Below, piece after piece: positions 62,257 through 64,000 of a DNA stretch of 64,000 nt. Where the stretch lies: positions 102,610,001 through 102,674,000 of the forward strand of contig NC_042997.1 of assembly GCF_006345805.1 (NCBI RefSeq). The letters are read 5' to 3'. The position numbers and the translations under genes were made by a program. A model generated the notes under the pieces. It did no database searches and was not told the DNA's origin. It was given only the letters and a program-made list of their open reading frames with translations. Position 1 is the first letter of the stretch. Each line of letters starts with the position of its first letter. Source of the DNA: Octopus sinensis. Lineage: Eukaryota.

Positions 62257-63670
62257 CAACAATTGAGGGTAAAATTAATTAATTATTAATCAATTTCACC
62301 AAGTATTCAGTATGTAAAGGGACCATTATAGGCGAATTCAAAATATTACATTATATATAAGGGCTTAGTAAAATAAATTACTTTGCCACATACTGAACTC
62401 ATTAGAAATAGCAGCTAAAGAAATTTCTTCAGCTATTTCTAATACTTAAAGAAGATCTCTCTCAGATAGTGTTTGCCTAAACTAACTCACAAAAGTATGG
62501 GGGAAAAAACATTAAAAAATCAAGTGCAAAGGTTATTTGAGAACGTACGTTTCTAGATTAGTCAATTCGACATTTCTTTCTTCAGCTCAGAATTCCTTGA
62601 ATCGGATTTGGGAACACTGAAAGTCGGGAGCATACCTTTCGGCTTCTAATCACCTCTAGAATTCTGCTCGAACTAAAAGTGCTATCAAATTCGAATATGC
62701 AAGCGAAGAATTTCTGCTCTCCCCTTTCCACCAGCGTGGGTTAAAATTGACAAACACCATGTATTAACGCAGAATTAGCAGAGAGAGATGAATTATAATT
62801 TCAACAATTGAGGGTAAAATTAATTAATTATTAATCAATTTCACCAAGTATTCAGTATGTAAAGGGACCATTATAGGCGATTCAAAATATTACATTATAT
62901 ATAAGGCTTAGTAAAATAAATTACTTTGCCACATACTGAACTCATTAGAAATAGCAGCTAAAGAAATTCTTCAGCTATTTCTAATACTTAAAGAAGATCT
63001 CTCTCAGATAGTGTTTGCCTAAACTAACTCACAAAAGTATGGGGGAAAAAACATTAAAAAATCAAGTGCAAAGGTTATTTGAGAACGTACGTTTCTAGAT
63101 TAGTCAATTCGACATTTCTTTCTTCAGCTCAGAATTCCTTGAATCGGATTTGGAACACTGAAAGTCGGGAGCATACCCTTTCGGCTTCTAATCACCTCTA
63201 GAATTCTGCTCGAACTAAAAGTGCTATCAAATTCGAATATGCAAGCGAAGAATTTCTGCTCTCCCCTTTCCACCAGCGTGGGTTAAAATTGACAAACACC
63301 ATGTATTAACGCAGAATTTAGCAGAGAGAGTTGAATTAATTTTACCCTCAATTGTTGAAATTATAATTCATCTCTCTCTGCTAAATTCTGCGTTAATACA
63401 TGGTGTTTGTCAATTTTAACCACGCTGGTGGAAAGGGGAGAGCAGAAATTCTTCGCTTGCATATTCGAATTTGATAGCACTTTTAGTTCTCAAATAACCT
63501 TTGCACTTGATTTTTTAATGTTTTTTCCCCCATACTTTTGTGAGTTAGTTTAGGCAAACACTATCTGAGAGAGATCTTCTTTAAGTATTAGAAATAGCTG
63601 AAGAAATTTCTTTAGCTGCTATTTCTAATGAGTTCAGTATGTGGCAAAGTAATTTATTTTACTAAGCCCT

Positions 63671-63678
<8 letters not shown>
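62254..63678. repeat. About 540-bp tandem duplication followed by a deleted inverted copy, bounded by (TA)n
   Basis: Copies 62254-62790 and 62799-63330. 63334-63678 is the reverse complement with an internal jump at gttc (63486-63489). Confidence 0.9.
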
Positions 63679-63727
<49 letters not shown>

Positions 63728-63748
63728 ATCTATATATCTATCTATCTA

Positions 63749-63866
<118 letters not shown>

Positions 63867-64000
63867 TGTCCTTGCATAGCAAGTGACCTGATCTGAAATC
63901 GTGTGCTGGAACGAAAACAATTGCAGCGTGGCTTCTAAACACCTTTCCCTTAGCCACTACACACATTTTTTCTCTCCTTGTTTATCTCCTTGTTTTTTTC

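Overview
Eukaryotic, AT-rich, microsatellite- and TE-dense animal DNA. The SINE, RTE and microsatellite landscape looks like a coleoid cephalopod, probably Octopus (inference from recalled repeat families). Three spliced protein-coding genes could be rebuilt by hand with GT-AG introns and consistent phases. (1) The first six coding exons of the DEAD-box helicase DDX52/ROK1 (minus strand, running off the left edge). (2) A complete six-exon NDUFS8 (complex I 2x[4Fe-4S] subunit, plus strand, 208 aa), head-to-head with DDX52 and 491 bp apart ATG to ATG. (3) The last five exons of an LRRC74-like LRR plus EF-hand gene (minus strand, entering from the right). The introns hold a nested TE cluster: a Helitron with an in-window empty-site paralogue, and a mariner interrupted by a young RTE LINE whose ORF carries a PHD-type finger and a VNTR 3' UTR. 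Also present are piggyBac elements and MITEs, an R4/Dong-type fragment in (TAA)n, a Penelope GIY-YIG fragment, several hammerhead-ribozyme-like relics and two fold-back rearrangements at (TA)n tracts. Weaker signals point to unannotated transcription units: a small spliced ORF at 34.0-34.4 kb, promoter-like motif clusters at 44.7-45.2 kb and 46.6-47.0 kb, and a possible antisense exon plus decayed duplicate inside the LRRC74-like gene. No CRISPR array, rRNA or intact tRNA was found. All alignments were made by eye; no searches were run.
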